Shown here: positions 55,656 to 64,000 of the stretch, piece by piece
Numbering within the stretch: position 1 is the first letter of the stretch
Layout of the letters: each line of letters opens with the position of its first letter
Source: an uncultured bacterium
Lineage (GTDB): Bacteria > Auribacterota > Erginobacteria > Erginobacterales > CAZKCI01
Length of the DNA stretch: 64,000 nt
Direction of reading: 5' to 3'
NCBI GenBank assembly: GCA_964551475.1
Contig: CAZKCI010000121.1
Span: 14,308 to 78,307 of the forward strand
Notes under the pieces: generated by a model
What the model saw: only the letters and a program-made list of their open reading frames with translations
The model's database searches: none
What the model was told of the DNA's origin: nothing
Program-made: the position numbers and the translations under genes

Positions 55656-57466
55656 GCGACCGTCTCCCCGGCTTTCCGCGCTTCCTCGATCAGCGTCGCT
55701 TTATCGACTCCCCCGCCGATATGGTCCCAGGGAAGCGTGTCCTCTCGACCATAGGGCGGACGAAGATAGAACTCGGGCGCGAGACCGGCTTTGGAAAAAG
55801 CCCGCTCCCACCGTTCGCTGGACAGATGCTCCTCCCACTCGTCAAACCGGCATCCCTCTTCGTGGGCGGCCAGGAGGATCCCTCCGACCCGGCGGTCCCC
55901 CCGGGAGATCACGCCCTCGATCAAACTCGTCTCCAGCGAACGGAACTTGAGCCTCACCCGCCGGGAGCGCACGCCGGAGCGGAGCACGGCCTGGGCCGAC
56001 CGGATCTCCTCCCGAGCGGCCATGGGCGCCCACTGGAACGGAGTGGCCGGCTTGGGGACGAAGGTGGAGATCGTGACGTTGGTCTCCCCTCCCCAGCGGG
56101 AGAGGCGGTTGATCATTTCGACGATGGCCTCCACGTCCTCCCTGGTCTCCCCCGGAAGGCCGACCATGAAATAGAGCTTCATCAGACGCCAGCCCATGGC
56201 CTTGAGCTTCTGGCTCAGATCCCAGAGGCGCTGCGGGTCGCAGGATTTTCCGATCGCCCGCTGGAGGCGGGGGCTGGCGGCCTCGGGGGCGAGCGTGATC
56301 CCGCTCTTGCTCACCCGCTTGCTCTCCAGAAGCATCGCCTCCGTGACCGAGGCGATGTTGAGCGAAGGCAGGGAGAGTCCGATCCGCCGTCGGGCCAGAA
56401 CGGGGGAAAGCTCCTCCATCACCGCGGCGATCTCGGGGTGGTCGCCGCTGGAGAGCGAGAGGAGCGAGACCTCTCCCCGGCCGCTCCTCTCGGCGAGCGC
56501 CAGCGCCTGGCGGACCGTCTCCTCCTTCGACTTGCGCCGCACCGGGCGGGAGGTCCAGCCGGCGGCGCAGAAACGGCAGCCGCGGGCGCAGCCGCGCATG
56601 ATCTCGACCGCGGAACGGTCGTGTGTGACCTCGGTCAGGGGGACCAGCGGGGCCGCTATTTGAGATCGGTTCAGGTCGGCAAAAACGCGCTTCTCGATCC
56701 GGGAGGGGATGCCGTCCCCGATCGGACTGATCCCCGTGAACTTCCCGGCCGAATCGTAGGCGGGCCGGTAGAGCGCAGGCGCATACAGCCCCGGAACCCG
56801 GTTCACCATGCGCCGGAGAAGCTCCAGCTTCCCCTCCTCTCTTCTCTCCTGTCGGAGCGAAGCGGAGATCCCGATCGGCGCCACTGGCGATGATCGGGAC
56901 CCTTCCTGCCTTTCTTTTTGATATGCCTCCATTATCTCGACGATGGCTTCCTCGCCGTCCCCGATGAGAAAGAGATCGAAGAAATCCGCCAGCGGCTCGG
57001 GGTTATAGGCGCCGATCCCTCCCCCCAGAACGAGCGGATAACCAGGATGGGCGCGGCGGGAGGCCAGGAGGGGAAGGCCGGCCAGCGAAAGCATGGCCAG
57101 GATATTGGTGTAGGTGAGCTCGGACTGGAGGGAAAATCCCCAGAGATCGAACTCCCGGGCCGGGCGGCGGGATTCCAGCGAGAAGAGGGGGATACCCTTC
57201 GCCTTCATCCTCTCCTCCATGTCGGGCCAGACCGCGAAAGCCCGTTCCGCCGCGAACCGTCCGTCCCGGTTCACGATGTCATAGAGGATCTGCAGGCCGA
57301 GATGGCTCATCCCCAGCTCGTAGACATCCGGATAGCTGAAGAGAATCCGCGCCTCCGCCCGGGGGCGGACGGACGCATTGATCTCCCCCCCGATATAGCG
57401 GGCGGGCTTCTGGACGAAGGGGAGGACCTCCTCTTCCAGAACGCGGATTATGTTCAGAGGGTTCAA
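55652..57466 (-). CDS. TIGR03960-family B12-binding-domain radical SAM protein; TTG start embedded in the family-A repeat
   Basis: Radical SAM CxxxCxxC (CARGCRFCAAG), N-terminal B12-binding-like region; no in-frame ATG near the N-terminus, TTG at 57466. Confidence 0.8.
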   Translation of the reverse strand: MNPLNIIRVLEEEVLPFVQKPARYIGGEINASVRPRAEARILFSYPDVYELGMSHLGLQILYDIVNRDGRFAAERAFAVWPDMEERMKAKGIPLFSLESRRPAREFDLWGFSLQSELTYTNILAMLSLAGLPLLASRRAHPGYPLVLGGGIGAYNPEPLADFFDLFLIGDGEEAIVEIMEAYQKERQEGSRSSPVAPIGISASLRQERREEGKLELLRRMVNRVPGLYAPALYRPAYDSAGKFTGISPIGDGIPSRIEKRVFADLNRSQIAAPLVPLTEVTHDRSAVEIMRGCARGCRFCAAGWTSRPVRRKSKEETVRQALALAERSGRGEVSLLSLSSGDHPEIAAVMEELSPVLARRRIGLSLPSLNIASVTEAMLLESKRVSKSGITLAPEAASPRLQRAIGKSCDPQRLWDLSQKLKAMGWRLMKLYFMVGLPGETREDVEAIVEMINRLSRWGGETNVTISTFVPKPATPFQWAPMAAREEIRSAQAVLRSGVRSRRVRLKFRSLETSLIEGVISRGDRRVGGILLAAHEEGCRFDEWEEHLSSERWERAFSKAGLAPEFYLRPPYGREDTLPWDHIGGGVDKATLIEEARKAGETVA

Positions 57467-57600
57467 CGGTTCAGCGGTTCAACGGTTCAGCGGTTCAACG
57501 GTTCAGCGGTTCAACGGTTCAGCGGTTCAACGGTTCAGCGGTTCAGCGGTTCAGCGGTTCAACGGTTTAAAGGCAACCGTGAACCTTGAACCGTGAACCC
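57458..57600. repeat. Family-A GGTTCRRC octamer array (about 13 units) plus inverted arm
   Basis: ggttcaacggttcagcgg... then aaccgtgaaccttgaaccgtgaacc. Confidence 0.9.
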
Positions 57601-57636
57601 CAACAACCGCACCCCCATCGTCTTCCAACCAAATGT

Positions 57637-58737
57637 TTAATACCAGAATCGTCGGATATAGACGCTCTGGCAGATCCCCATCAGGGAGAGCATCGTGACG
57701 GTGATGGAACCCCCGTAGCTCAGGAAAGGCAACGGCAGTCCGGTGGCTGGGAGGAGCCCCATCACCATCCCCACGTTGATCAGGACATGGCTGGAGAAGA
57801 CCAGGATGCAGCCTGCGACCAGGAGTTTCCCGATGAAATCACGGGAAGCGCGGGCGATCCGGTAGAGTCGGAAAACCACGAGCGCGTAGAGCCCGAGAAC
57901 CGCGAGCGAACCCGCCGCGCCCGATTCCTCCGCCACCACCGAGAAGATGAAGTCGGTCTGGCGCTCGGGAAGAAAACTGAGCATGTTCTGCGTCCCCTGC
58001 ATCCGGCCTTTTCCCCAGATCCCCCCCGATCCGATCGCGATCTTGGACTGGATCACCGTGTATCCCGCCCCCAGCGGATCGCGGGTGGGGTCCAGGAAGA
58101 CCAGGAGACGGTTCTTCTGATAATCCTTGAGGAAAATCCAGAACCCCGGAGATATCACGGCGAAGAGCAGAGCCAGGATGACCAGGTGCTTGATGCGCGC
58201 CCCGGCGATAAAGACCATCCCGATGGTCAGGGGGATGAGCAGAAGCGCCGTCCCCAGATCCGGCTGTTTCAGGATCAGGACCGCCGGGAAGGCGGCCAGC
58301 AGGCAGGGGACAAGGATGAACTTCCAGCGGAGGCGCTGGGCGGAGGCGGAGGAGAGATAGCGGGAGAGGGCCAGGACCAGGGCGAGCTTGGCGAACTCGG
58401 AGGGCTGGACGGTGAAGGCCCCCAGCTGAATCCAGCGCCGGGCGCCGAAACGGATCTCTCCCAGGACCGCGATCAGCAGGAGCAGGGCGAAGACCGCGCC
58501 GTAGATGATGAAGGACGCGGACGCGAGCCGCCGATAGTCGATGAGAGTAAAAAGCATGAACAGGCATCCCCCGATGGCCAGCCAGGTGAGCTGGCGCTGG
58601 GCAAAGTTCACTCCGCTGGTCTGCCGGAGCTGGAAGGAGGCGCTGTCGATGAAGAAGAGGCCGATCGTCGCCAGCGCGAGGAGCGCGGCGATCAGCCACC
58701 AGTCCAAGTATTTCAGCAATCGAAACATATCACTCAT
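57637..58737 (-). CDS. rodA: Rod shape-determining protein RodA (SEDS family peptidoglycan glycosyltransferase)
   Basis: Ten-TM FtsW/RodA/SpoVE pattern. Confidence 0.9.
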   Translation of the reverse strand: MSDMFRLLKYLDWWLIAALLALATIGLFFIDSASFQLRQTSGVNFAQRQLTWLAIGGCLFMLFTLIDYRRLASASFIIYGAVFALLLLIAVLGEIRFGARRWIQLGAFTVQPSEFAKLALVLALSRYLSSASAQRLRWKFILVPCLLAAFPAVLILKQPDLGTALLLIPLTIGMVFIAGARIKHLVILALLFAVISPGFWIFLKDYQKNRLLVFLDPTRDPLGAGYTVIQSKIAIGSGGIWGKGRMQGTQNMLSFLPERQTDFIFSVVAEESGAAGSLAVLGLYALVVFRLYRIARASRDFIGKLLVAGCILVFSSHVLINVGMVMGLLPATGLPLPFLSYGGSITVTMLSLMGICQSVYIRRFWY

Positions 58738-60484
58738 AGTACTTCCGGAAAAACTCCCCCGCGGCCGGCGCGGCTATTTCGCCTCCCGATCCCGGCTCCT
58801 CCAGGATCAGGGCGAGGACCAGCGGCCTTTCCCCGGCGGGGACCAGGGCCAGGAACCAGGCCTGCGTGTCATACTCGGGCGCCACTCCCACCTGCACCGT
58901 CCCCGTCTTCCCGTAGACCGTGACCCGGGGATGGGCGGCCAGCATCCCCGTTCCCCCCTCCTCGTTGACCACCCGGTACATCCCATTCCAGATATCGTCC
59001 CACTGGCGCTCGGGGAGACGAATCTCCCTCCGGATCACCGGGGGAAATTCCTGGATCGTCTCCCCCTTGGAGTTGGTGATCCGCGTCGCCAGGCGGGGCT
59101 GGAAAACCTTGCCCCGGCTGGCGATCAGGCATCCCATCGAGGCCATCTGGAGGGGCGTCACCCGGATATACCCCTGGCCGATGGAGAGGTTGGCCGTATC
59201 CCCCGGATACCATCCCTCGCGCAGCGTCGACTTCTTCCACTGGCGGCTGGGGACGAATCCCGCCTTCTCTCCCACCAGTCCGATCCCCGTCTTTTCCCCG
59301 AACCCCGCCAGCAAGGCCGCTTCCCGGATGCGGTCGAGACCGAGGTCGAGGCCGAGGCGGTAGAAAAATACGTTGCACGAGTTTTTGATCCCCTCCCGGA
59401 GAGCCAGGGGGCCATGGCCGCCCTCTTTCCAGCAGCGGAAGACGGTCGATCCGAGAGAGATCGATCCGGCGCAGTCCGTCGTCGCTTCCGGGTTGAGCTT
59501 GCCCGAACGGAAGCCCGCCAGCGTCACCACCAACTTGAAGGGCGAGCCCGGAGGATATTCCCCGCCCAGGGCCCGGTTCAGGATCGGGGAATCGGGGTGG
59601 GAGAATATCTCCTGGAGATACTCCTCGTCCACCGGACGGGTGAGCAGGTTGGGATCGAAGGACGGTTTGCTGACCAGCGCCAGCAGGTCGCCGTTCCTGG
59701 GATCGAGCGCGACCGCCGCCCCTTTTCGGCCCTCCAGAATTCCGTCCAGGATCGTCTGGGCCCGCAGATCCACCGTCAGATACAGGTTGTTCCCGGGCTG
59801 GGGGTCCCGGCCGGCCAGGACCCGGTCCCGGTAGCCGCGGGCATTGACCTGGATCTGCTCGCCCCCACCCACGCCTCGGAGGAACAGGTCGAAGGACTGC
59901 TCCACGCCGATCTTGCCGATGTCGTCCTGCGATCCGTAGCCAAGATCGCCCAGCCGTTCCAGCTCACGCCCTTCGATCTGACCGACATAGCCGATCAGGT
60001 GAACGAAGGCGGGGCCGTAGGGGTAGTTGCGCACCGGATTCACCCGAACCTCCACGCCTTCCCATTCCGGGCTCCTCTCCTCGAACACCGTGGCCCGGGC
60101 GATCCCGATGTCGGTGGCCAGACGGACCGGCTCGAACGGTTTCTGGCGGAAACGGTTGAGCCGGGTCCGGATCCGCTCCGGCTCGATCTCCAGGACCTCG
60201 CTCAGGCGGGCGATCAGCTTGTCCTGGTCTTTCACCTCGCTCAGGTTGACCAGGGTTTCGAAACCGGGGCGATTGTCGGCGAGAATCTTTCCGTCCCGGT
60301 CGAAGATCGATCCCCGGGGGGCGGGGATGGTCACCAGACGAATGCGGTTGCCTTCGGCCAGACGCTCGTATTCGTCCCCCCGGATCACCTGGATATACCA
60401 GAGAACGGAGGCCAGTGCGCCGGCGGCGACGGCGAGAAGGGTGACGAGAACGGCGAGGCGAAGGTCGGTCCGGGGAAGGTCCAT
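58730..60484 (-). CDS. mrdA: Penicillin-binding protein 2 (elongasome transpeptidase)
   Basis: N-terminal anchor, dimerisation domain, transpeptidase SxxK/SxN/KTG motifs. Confidence 0.9.
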   Translation of the reverse strand: MDLPRTDLRLAVLVTLLAVAAGALASVLWYIQVIRGDEYERLAEGNRIRLVTIPAPRGSIFDRDGKILADNRPGFETLVNLSEVKDQDKLIARLSEVLEIEPERIRTRLNRFRQKPFEPVRLATDIGIARATVFEERSPEWEGVEVRVNPVRNYPYGPAFVHLIGYVGQIEGRELERLGDLGYGSQDDIGKIGVEQSFDLFLRGVGGGEQIQVNARGYRDRVLAGRDPQPGNNLYLTVDLRAQTILDGILEGRKGAAVALDPRNGDLLALVSKPSFDPNLLTRPVDEEYLQEIFSHPDSPILNRALGGEYPPGSPFKLVVTLAGFRSGKLNPEATTDCAGSISLGSTVFRCWKEGGHGPLALREGIKNSCNVFFYRLGLDLGLDRIREAALLAGFGEKTGIGLVGEKAGFVPSRQWKKSTLREGWYPGDTANLSIGQGYIRVTPLQMASMGCLIASRGKVFQPRLATRITNSKGETIQEFPPVIRREIRLPERQWDDIWNGMYRVVNEEGGTGMLAAHPRVTVYGKTGTVQVGVAPEYDTQAWFLALVPAGERPLVLALILEEPGSGGEIAAPAAGEFFRKYYE

Positions 60485-60625
60485 GAGAGATAATCTCAGA
60501 TTTCAGATCTCAGATATCGGATCGCGAATCTCGGATTCGGGATTTCGGATCGTGGATCCCGGTTTGAAATCTCAAATCCCAGCTATCAAATCTCAAATCT
60601 GAAATCTGAGATCTCAAATCCTCCG
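60481..60625. repeat. About 20-unit heptamer array whose first half (tYtcRga) is the reverse complement of its second half (ctSaaat), forming a giant dyad between mrdA and mreD; family B
   Basis: tctcaga tttcaga tctcaga ... ttgaaat ctcaaat ... ctgaaat ctgagat ctcaaat, every unit on a 7-bp phase. Confidence 0.9.
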
Positions 60626-60638
60626 GGCGGCGGCCGTT

Positions 60639-61175
60639 TCATTCGGGAAATACTTTCTCGCAGACCCACCAGACCAGGGGTGAGACAAGCAAAGTCTGCC
60701 AGAGACCCGGCCAGACCGTCTCCTTGAGGGCCCAACCCACGCTCGGCTGGATCCGGTACACGCAGAGCAGAAGGTAATAGACGGCGGCGCCGACGAGCGA
60801 GGCGATCGCGATCATCAGCGCTTTCGTGCCGAAATGGCCGGCACGGAGGGACCGGCAGAGCCGGACCGCTACCCGCGCTCCGGCCGCCAGGGAGAGAGGA
60901 CCCAGGCCGAGACGGCCGGCGGAGAAGATATCGCTGAGGAGCCCCCCCAGAAGGGCCGCCAGCCAGCCCTCGGCCGGGGAACGCGCCGCGTTCCGGAAAA
61001 CAACCAGGATCAGCACCAGGTCGGGGCGGAACCACCCTACCCCCAGCGCCGAGGACAGTCCGCTCTGGAGAAGAACCGCCCCCAGAAGAAGCAGGAAGAG
61101 CAGTCCCCGCTCCCGGTAGGCGCGGGCGCGGAAGGAGGCGGCCAGGACGATCGGACGGCGGACGGCGACGCTCAT
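60639..61175 (-). CDS. mreD: Rod shape-determining protein MreD
   Basis: Small polytopic membrane protein immediately downstream of mreC. Confidence 0.7.
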   Translation of the reverse strand: MSVAVRRPIVLAASFRARAYRERGLLFLLLLGAVLLQSGLSSALGVGWFRPDLVLILVVFRNAARSPAEGWLAALLGGLLSDIFSAGRLGLGPLSLAAGARVAVRLCRSLRAGHFGTKALMIAIASLVGAAVYYLLLCVYRIQPSVGWALKETVWPGLWQTLLVSPLVWWVCEKVFPE

Positions 61176-61963
61176 GGCTGGGAACGCTCGATCACCATCA
61201 CCTGGTCCAGCCGGTCGAAGTCGGCCGCCGGCTCCACGTCCGCGTACTGGTAGAGACCGAATTTCTCGGAATAGACTTTCGTGATCCGTCCGATCGGAAG
61301 GCCGGGGGGATAGAGCTGTCCCAGGCCGGAGGTGACCACCAGCTCATCGAGGGCGATCTCCTGGCGGCGGGGCAGATAATTGATCACCAGCGTGGAGGCG
61401 GAGACCCCCTGGACGATCCCCCCCAGCCGGGAGGACTGCAGGACCCCCCCCACCCGGCTGTTCCCGTCGATCAGGAGCAGAACGCGGCTGGAGTGGGGCG
61501 AGACCTCGATCACCTTCCCGACCACTCCCCGCGGGGAGACCACCGCGGCGTCCTTCTTGACCCCGTCCGCCGCTCCCTTGTCGATCACCACGCTCTGATA
61601 CCAGTTGTGCACGTCCCGGCCGATGACCAGGGCGGCCACTCCGCTCCAGGACTCCCGCTCCCGGAAGGCGAGCAGTGAGCGCATGGTCTCGTTCTCCCTC
61701 TCGACCTCCTGGAGGCGGGAGAGGTCCCGTTCCAGGGCGGCCACCTTCTCTTCCAGAAGGCGGTTTTCCGTTCCCGCCCGAAGCACCCTCCCGACCCCGG
61801 TCGCCCCCTTCCCCAGGAAGGAGAGGAAACGGCTGGAAACGGTCTGGGCGGGGGAGAAAATCTCCAGGAGACGGCTTTTGACGGACTCCGAGGAGGAGGA
61901 GGAGAGGCTCAGAAGCGCGATCAGGGAGAGGATGATCGCGGTGGCAACGAGCGGTCTGCTCAT
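61172..61963 (-). CDS. mreC: Rod shape-determining protein MreC
   Basis: N-terminal TM helix, coiled coil (LERDLSRLQEVERENETMRSLLAF), C-terminal beta domains. Confidence 0.85.
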   Translation of the reverse strand: MSRPLVATAIILSLIALLSLSSSSSESVKSRLLEIFSPAQTVSSRFLSFLGKGATGVGRVLRAGTENRLLEEKVAALERDLSRLQEVERENETMRSLLAFRERESWSGVAALVIGRDVHNWYQSVVIDKGAADGVKKDAAVVSPRGVVGKVIEVSPHSSRVLLLIDGNSRVGGVLQSSRLGGIVQGVSASTLVINYLPRRQEIALDELVVTSGLGQLYPPGLPIGRITKVYSEKFGLYQYADVEPAADFDRLDQVMVIERSQP

Positions 61964-61967
61964 TTTA

Positions 61968-62009
61968 TTCCGAAATATGTCCTGCCGATCGGCAGGACAT
62001 ATTTCGGAA
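61968..62009. promoter_or_regulatory. 42-bp perfect palindrome (ttccgaaatatgtcctgccga|tcggcaggacatatttcggaa) ending 4 nt upstream of the mreC start codon
   Basis: Exact dyad symmetry on direct reading; centre cgatcg. Confidence 0.5.
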
Positions 62010-62097
62010 AAAATATAGCCTGCCGACGCGCGCGAGGTGAGGAGAAGAGGGCCTCTTCCGCAATCCCGGTTCCGATCGTGCGCTCAAACATAAATTC

Positions 62098-62134
62098 CAG
62101 GGGGGCTGACGGCAAATCCGTCAGCCCCCCTGGG
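62098..62134 (-). terminator. Perfect 16-bp GC-rich hairpin (ccaggggggctgacgg caaat ccgtcagcccccctgg) 3 nt after the mreB stop, followed on the minus strand by AAUUUAUGUUUG
   Basis: Canonical intrinsic-terminator geometry on the transcribed strand. Confidence 0.55.
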
Positions 62135-62136
62135 AT

Positions 62137-63183
62137 TTATTGGACATCGGTGGAACGCTCCGAGACCACGATCCGGCGGAGGAAACGAAGCTCCTCCAGG
62201 ACCTTGCCGGTGCCCAGGGCCACCGCGCTGATCGGGTCGTCCGCGACCTGAACCGGCAGGCCGGTCTCTTCGGCCAGCAGCTTGTCGATGCCGCGCAGGA
62301 GCGACCCTCCTCCGGCCAGGATCATGCCCCGGTCGACCAGGTCCGCCGAGAGCTCCGGCGGGCAGCGCTCCAGGCTAATCCTCACCGCTTCCACGATGGT
62401 GGAGATGGGCTCGGCCATGGCCTCGCGGATCTCCTCGGAGCTGACGGTCATGGTCTTGGGCAGTCCCGCCACCAGGTCGCGCCCCTTGACATCCATGGTC
62501 AGCTCCTGCTCCAGGGGATAGGCCGAGCCGATGTTGATCTTGATCATCTCGGAGGTCCGGGGGCCGATCAGGAGGTTGTAGGTGCGCTTCAGGTACTGGA
62601 TGATCGCCTCGTCCAGCTCGTCCCCCCCCACCCGCACGGAGCGGGAGAAGACGATCCCGGCCAGGGAGATGATGGCGACCTCCGAGGTGCCGCCGCCGAT
62701 GTCCACGATCATGTTCCCGGCCGCCTCCTGCACGGGCAGCCCCACGCCGATCGCCGCCGCCATCGGCTCCTCGATCAGATAGACCTCGCGGGCGCCGGCG
62801 TGCTCGGCCGAGTCCTTGACCGCGCGCTTCTCCACCTCGGTGATCCCGGAGGGGATGGCCACCACGATCCGGGGGCGCACCAGCGCCTTGCGGTTGTGGA
62901 CCTTGGTGATGAAGTAGCGGAGCATCGATTCGGTGATCTCGAAATCGGCGATCACGCCGTCCTTGAGCGGACGGATGGCGACGATGTTCCCCGGCGTCCT
63001 CCCCAGCATGTTCTTCGCCTCCTCTCCCACCGCGAGGACGTTGCTGGTCCCCTTCTGGATCGCCACCACCGAAGGCTCGTTGAGAACGATGCCGCGGCCT
63101 TTGACGAAGACCAGGGTGGTGGCGGTCCCCAGGTCGATCCCCATGTCCGAGGAGAACATCCCTAGGATGCGGTCGAAAAACAT
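62137..63183 (-). CDS. mreB: Rod shape-determining protein MreB (actin homolog)
   Basis: N-terminus [27 protein letters not shown] parallels E. coli MreB; actin-fold phosphate motifs. Confidence 0.95.
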   Translation of the reverse strand: MFFDRILGMFSSDMGIDLGTATTLVFVKGRGIVLNEPSVVAIQKGTSNVLAVGEEAKNMLGRTPGNIVAIRPLKDGVIADFEITESMLRYFITKVHNRKALVRPRIVVAIPSGITEVEKRAVKDSAEHAGAREVYLIEEPMAAAIGVGLPVQEAAGNMIVDIGGGTSEVAIISLAGIVFSRSVRVGGDELDEAIIQYLKRTYNLLIGPRTSEMIKINIGSAYPLEQELTMDVKGRDLVAGLPKTMTVSSEEIREAMAEPISTIVEAVRISLERCPPELSADLVDRGMILAGGGSLLRGIDKLLAEETGLPVQVADDPISAVALGTGKVLEELRFLRRIVVSERSTDVQ

Positions 63184-63305
63184 ATCTTCCTCCTGAAAGG
63201 TCGGTGCGAGCGAATAGTCGTATTCCGGGCGCCCTTCTCCGGGCGCAGGGTGTTTTTAACCATATAGCAAACTCCCTTGGGCCGCAAGCACTTCTTCGTA
63301 ACTCA

Positions 63306-63384
63306 GGTTATCAGGTTCACGGTTCAGAGGTTCACGGTTCAGGGGTTCACGGTTTTCCCCCCCCAACCGTTGAACCCTTGAACC
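63306..63384. repeat. Family-A GGTTCA-core array plus inverted arm (copy 3)
   Basis: ggttatcaggttcacggttcagaggttcacggttcaggggttcacgg ... aaccgttgaacccttgaacc. Confidence 0.85.
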
Positions 63385-63387
63385 AGT

Positions 63388-64000
63388 TTATAGCAGGTAC
63401 TCCTTCACCTTCTCCCGCCACCGCTCCTCCATCATCACTTCGACATAGACGTCGTTTTGATGGTAGTCGATCTTCGCCACCGTCCCCTTCTGGTGGACCC
63501 AGGCGATCAGGTCCGGCCGCCCCTGGGGGATGAGCAGCCGCAGGAGCCGCCGGGAGGCGGCCAGCTCCCGGTCGATCCGGGCGAGCAGACCGTCGAGACC
63601 GGCGCCGGTCAGGGCGGAGACGGCCACCGAATCCGGCAGGCGCGCCGCGAGCTCGGCGAGACGGGAAGGATCGGCGACCAGGTCGGCCTTGTTGAGGACG
63701 GGGATGACCGGCGTGCGTCCGATCTTCAGTTCCCCGAGCACCTTCTCCACCGCCGCGTCCTGCTCGCGGAGGAGTCGGTGGGAAGCGTCCATCACCTTGA
63801 GGAGAATGTCCGCCTCCGCGACCTCCTCCAGCGTGGCCCGGAAAGATTCCACCAGGTGATGGGGAAGCTTCTTGATGAAGCCCACGGTGTCGGAGAAGAG
63901 AACGTTGAGCCCGCTGGGGAGACGGGCCCGGCGGGTGGTCGGGTCGAGCGTGGCAAAGAGCTTGTCTTCGACTTTTGCCTGCGCCCCGGTCAGGGCGTTC
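63388..64000 (-). CDS. hflX: GTPase HflX, C-terminal part (gene continues beyond window end)
   Basis: G-domain motifs and HflX C-terminal pattern (…TVGFIKKLPHHLVESFRATLEE…NKADL…). Confidence 0.85.
   Translation of the reverse strand, partial: NALTGAQAKVEDKLFATLDPTTRRARLPSGLNVLFSDTVGFIKKLPHHLVESFRATLEEVAEADILLKVMDASHRLLREQDAAVEKVLGELKIGRTPVIPVLNKADLVADPSRLAELAARLPDSVAVSALTGAGLDGLLARIDRELAASRRLLRLLIPQGRPDLIAWVHQKGTVAKIDYHQNDVYVEVMMEERWREKVKEYLL

Overview
High-GC (roughly 65-70%) bacterial chromosomal segment, coding-dense, with no rRNA, tRNA or CRISPR detected. The 64 kb window has three parts. (1) A mixed left part (1-19.7 kb): a CDF transporter, a large secreted SBBP beta-propeller/VCBS-repeat protein and a smaller VCBS-repeat paralog, a dockerin-bearing protein, an NfeD-FloA pair, an RlmC-like methyltransferase, a 4-PAS hybrid histidine kinase, and a pstS2-RHH-pstS-pstC-pstA-pstB phosphate-uptake operon. 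(2) A 14 kb, 17-gene minus-strand operon (19.7-33.7 kb) for an Mrp/Mbh-type energy-converting group 4 [NiFe] hydrogenase. It has catalytic large and small subunits, NuoC/H/L-like subunits, MrpA'BCDEFG-like subunits, two ferredoxins, a HycI-type maturation protease and an unusual HydB/HydG (AsrA/AsrB)-like NAD(P)-binding module. It is headed by the redox sensor Rex, with a near-consensus Rex operator upstream. (3) A housekeeping right part (33.7-64 kb): L,D-transpeptidase, Spy/CpxP-like protein, M50 protease, leuS, nfo, an aminotransferase, argS, rsfS-nadD-proB-obg-rpmA-rplU, rng, a TIGR03960/TIGR03936 radical-SAM pair, and rodA-mrdA-mreDCB-hflX. The most unusual property is the density and diversity of intergenic repeat elements. 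There is a REP-associated tyrosine transposase (RAYT) flanked on both sides by arrays of an 80-bp structured REP unit. A GTAG-type REP family and a TGTGGGAG...CTCCCACA palindromic element family sit inside the hydrogenase operon. A 129-bp tandem repeat lies between a DUF2284 gene and nfo. At least four sequence families of heptamer/octamer-periodic tandem arrays are each followed by an inverted copy of themselves, so they form long dyads. Several repeats run into gene ends. Several perfect palindromes lie at notable positions, e.g. a 42-bp palindrome abutting the mreC start codon.
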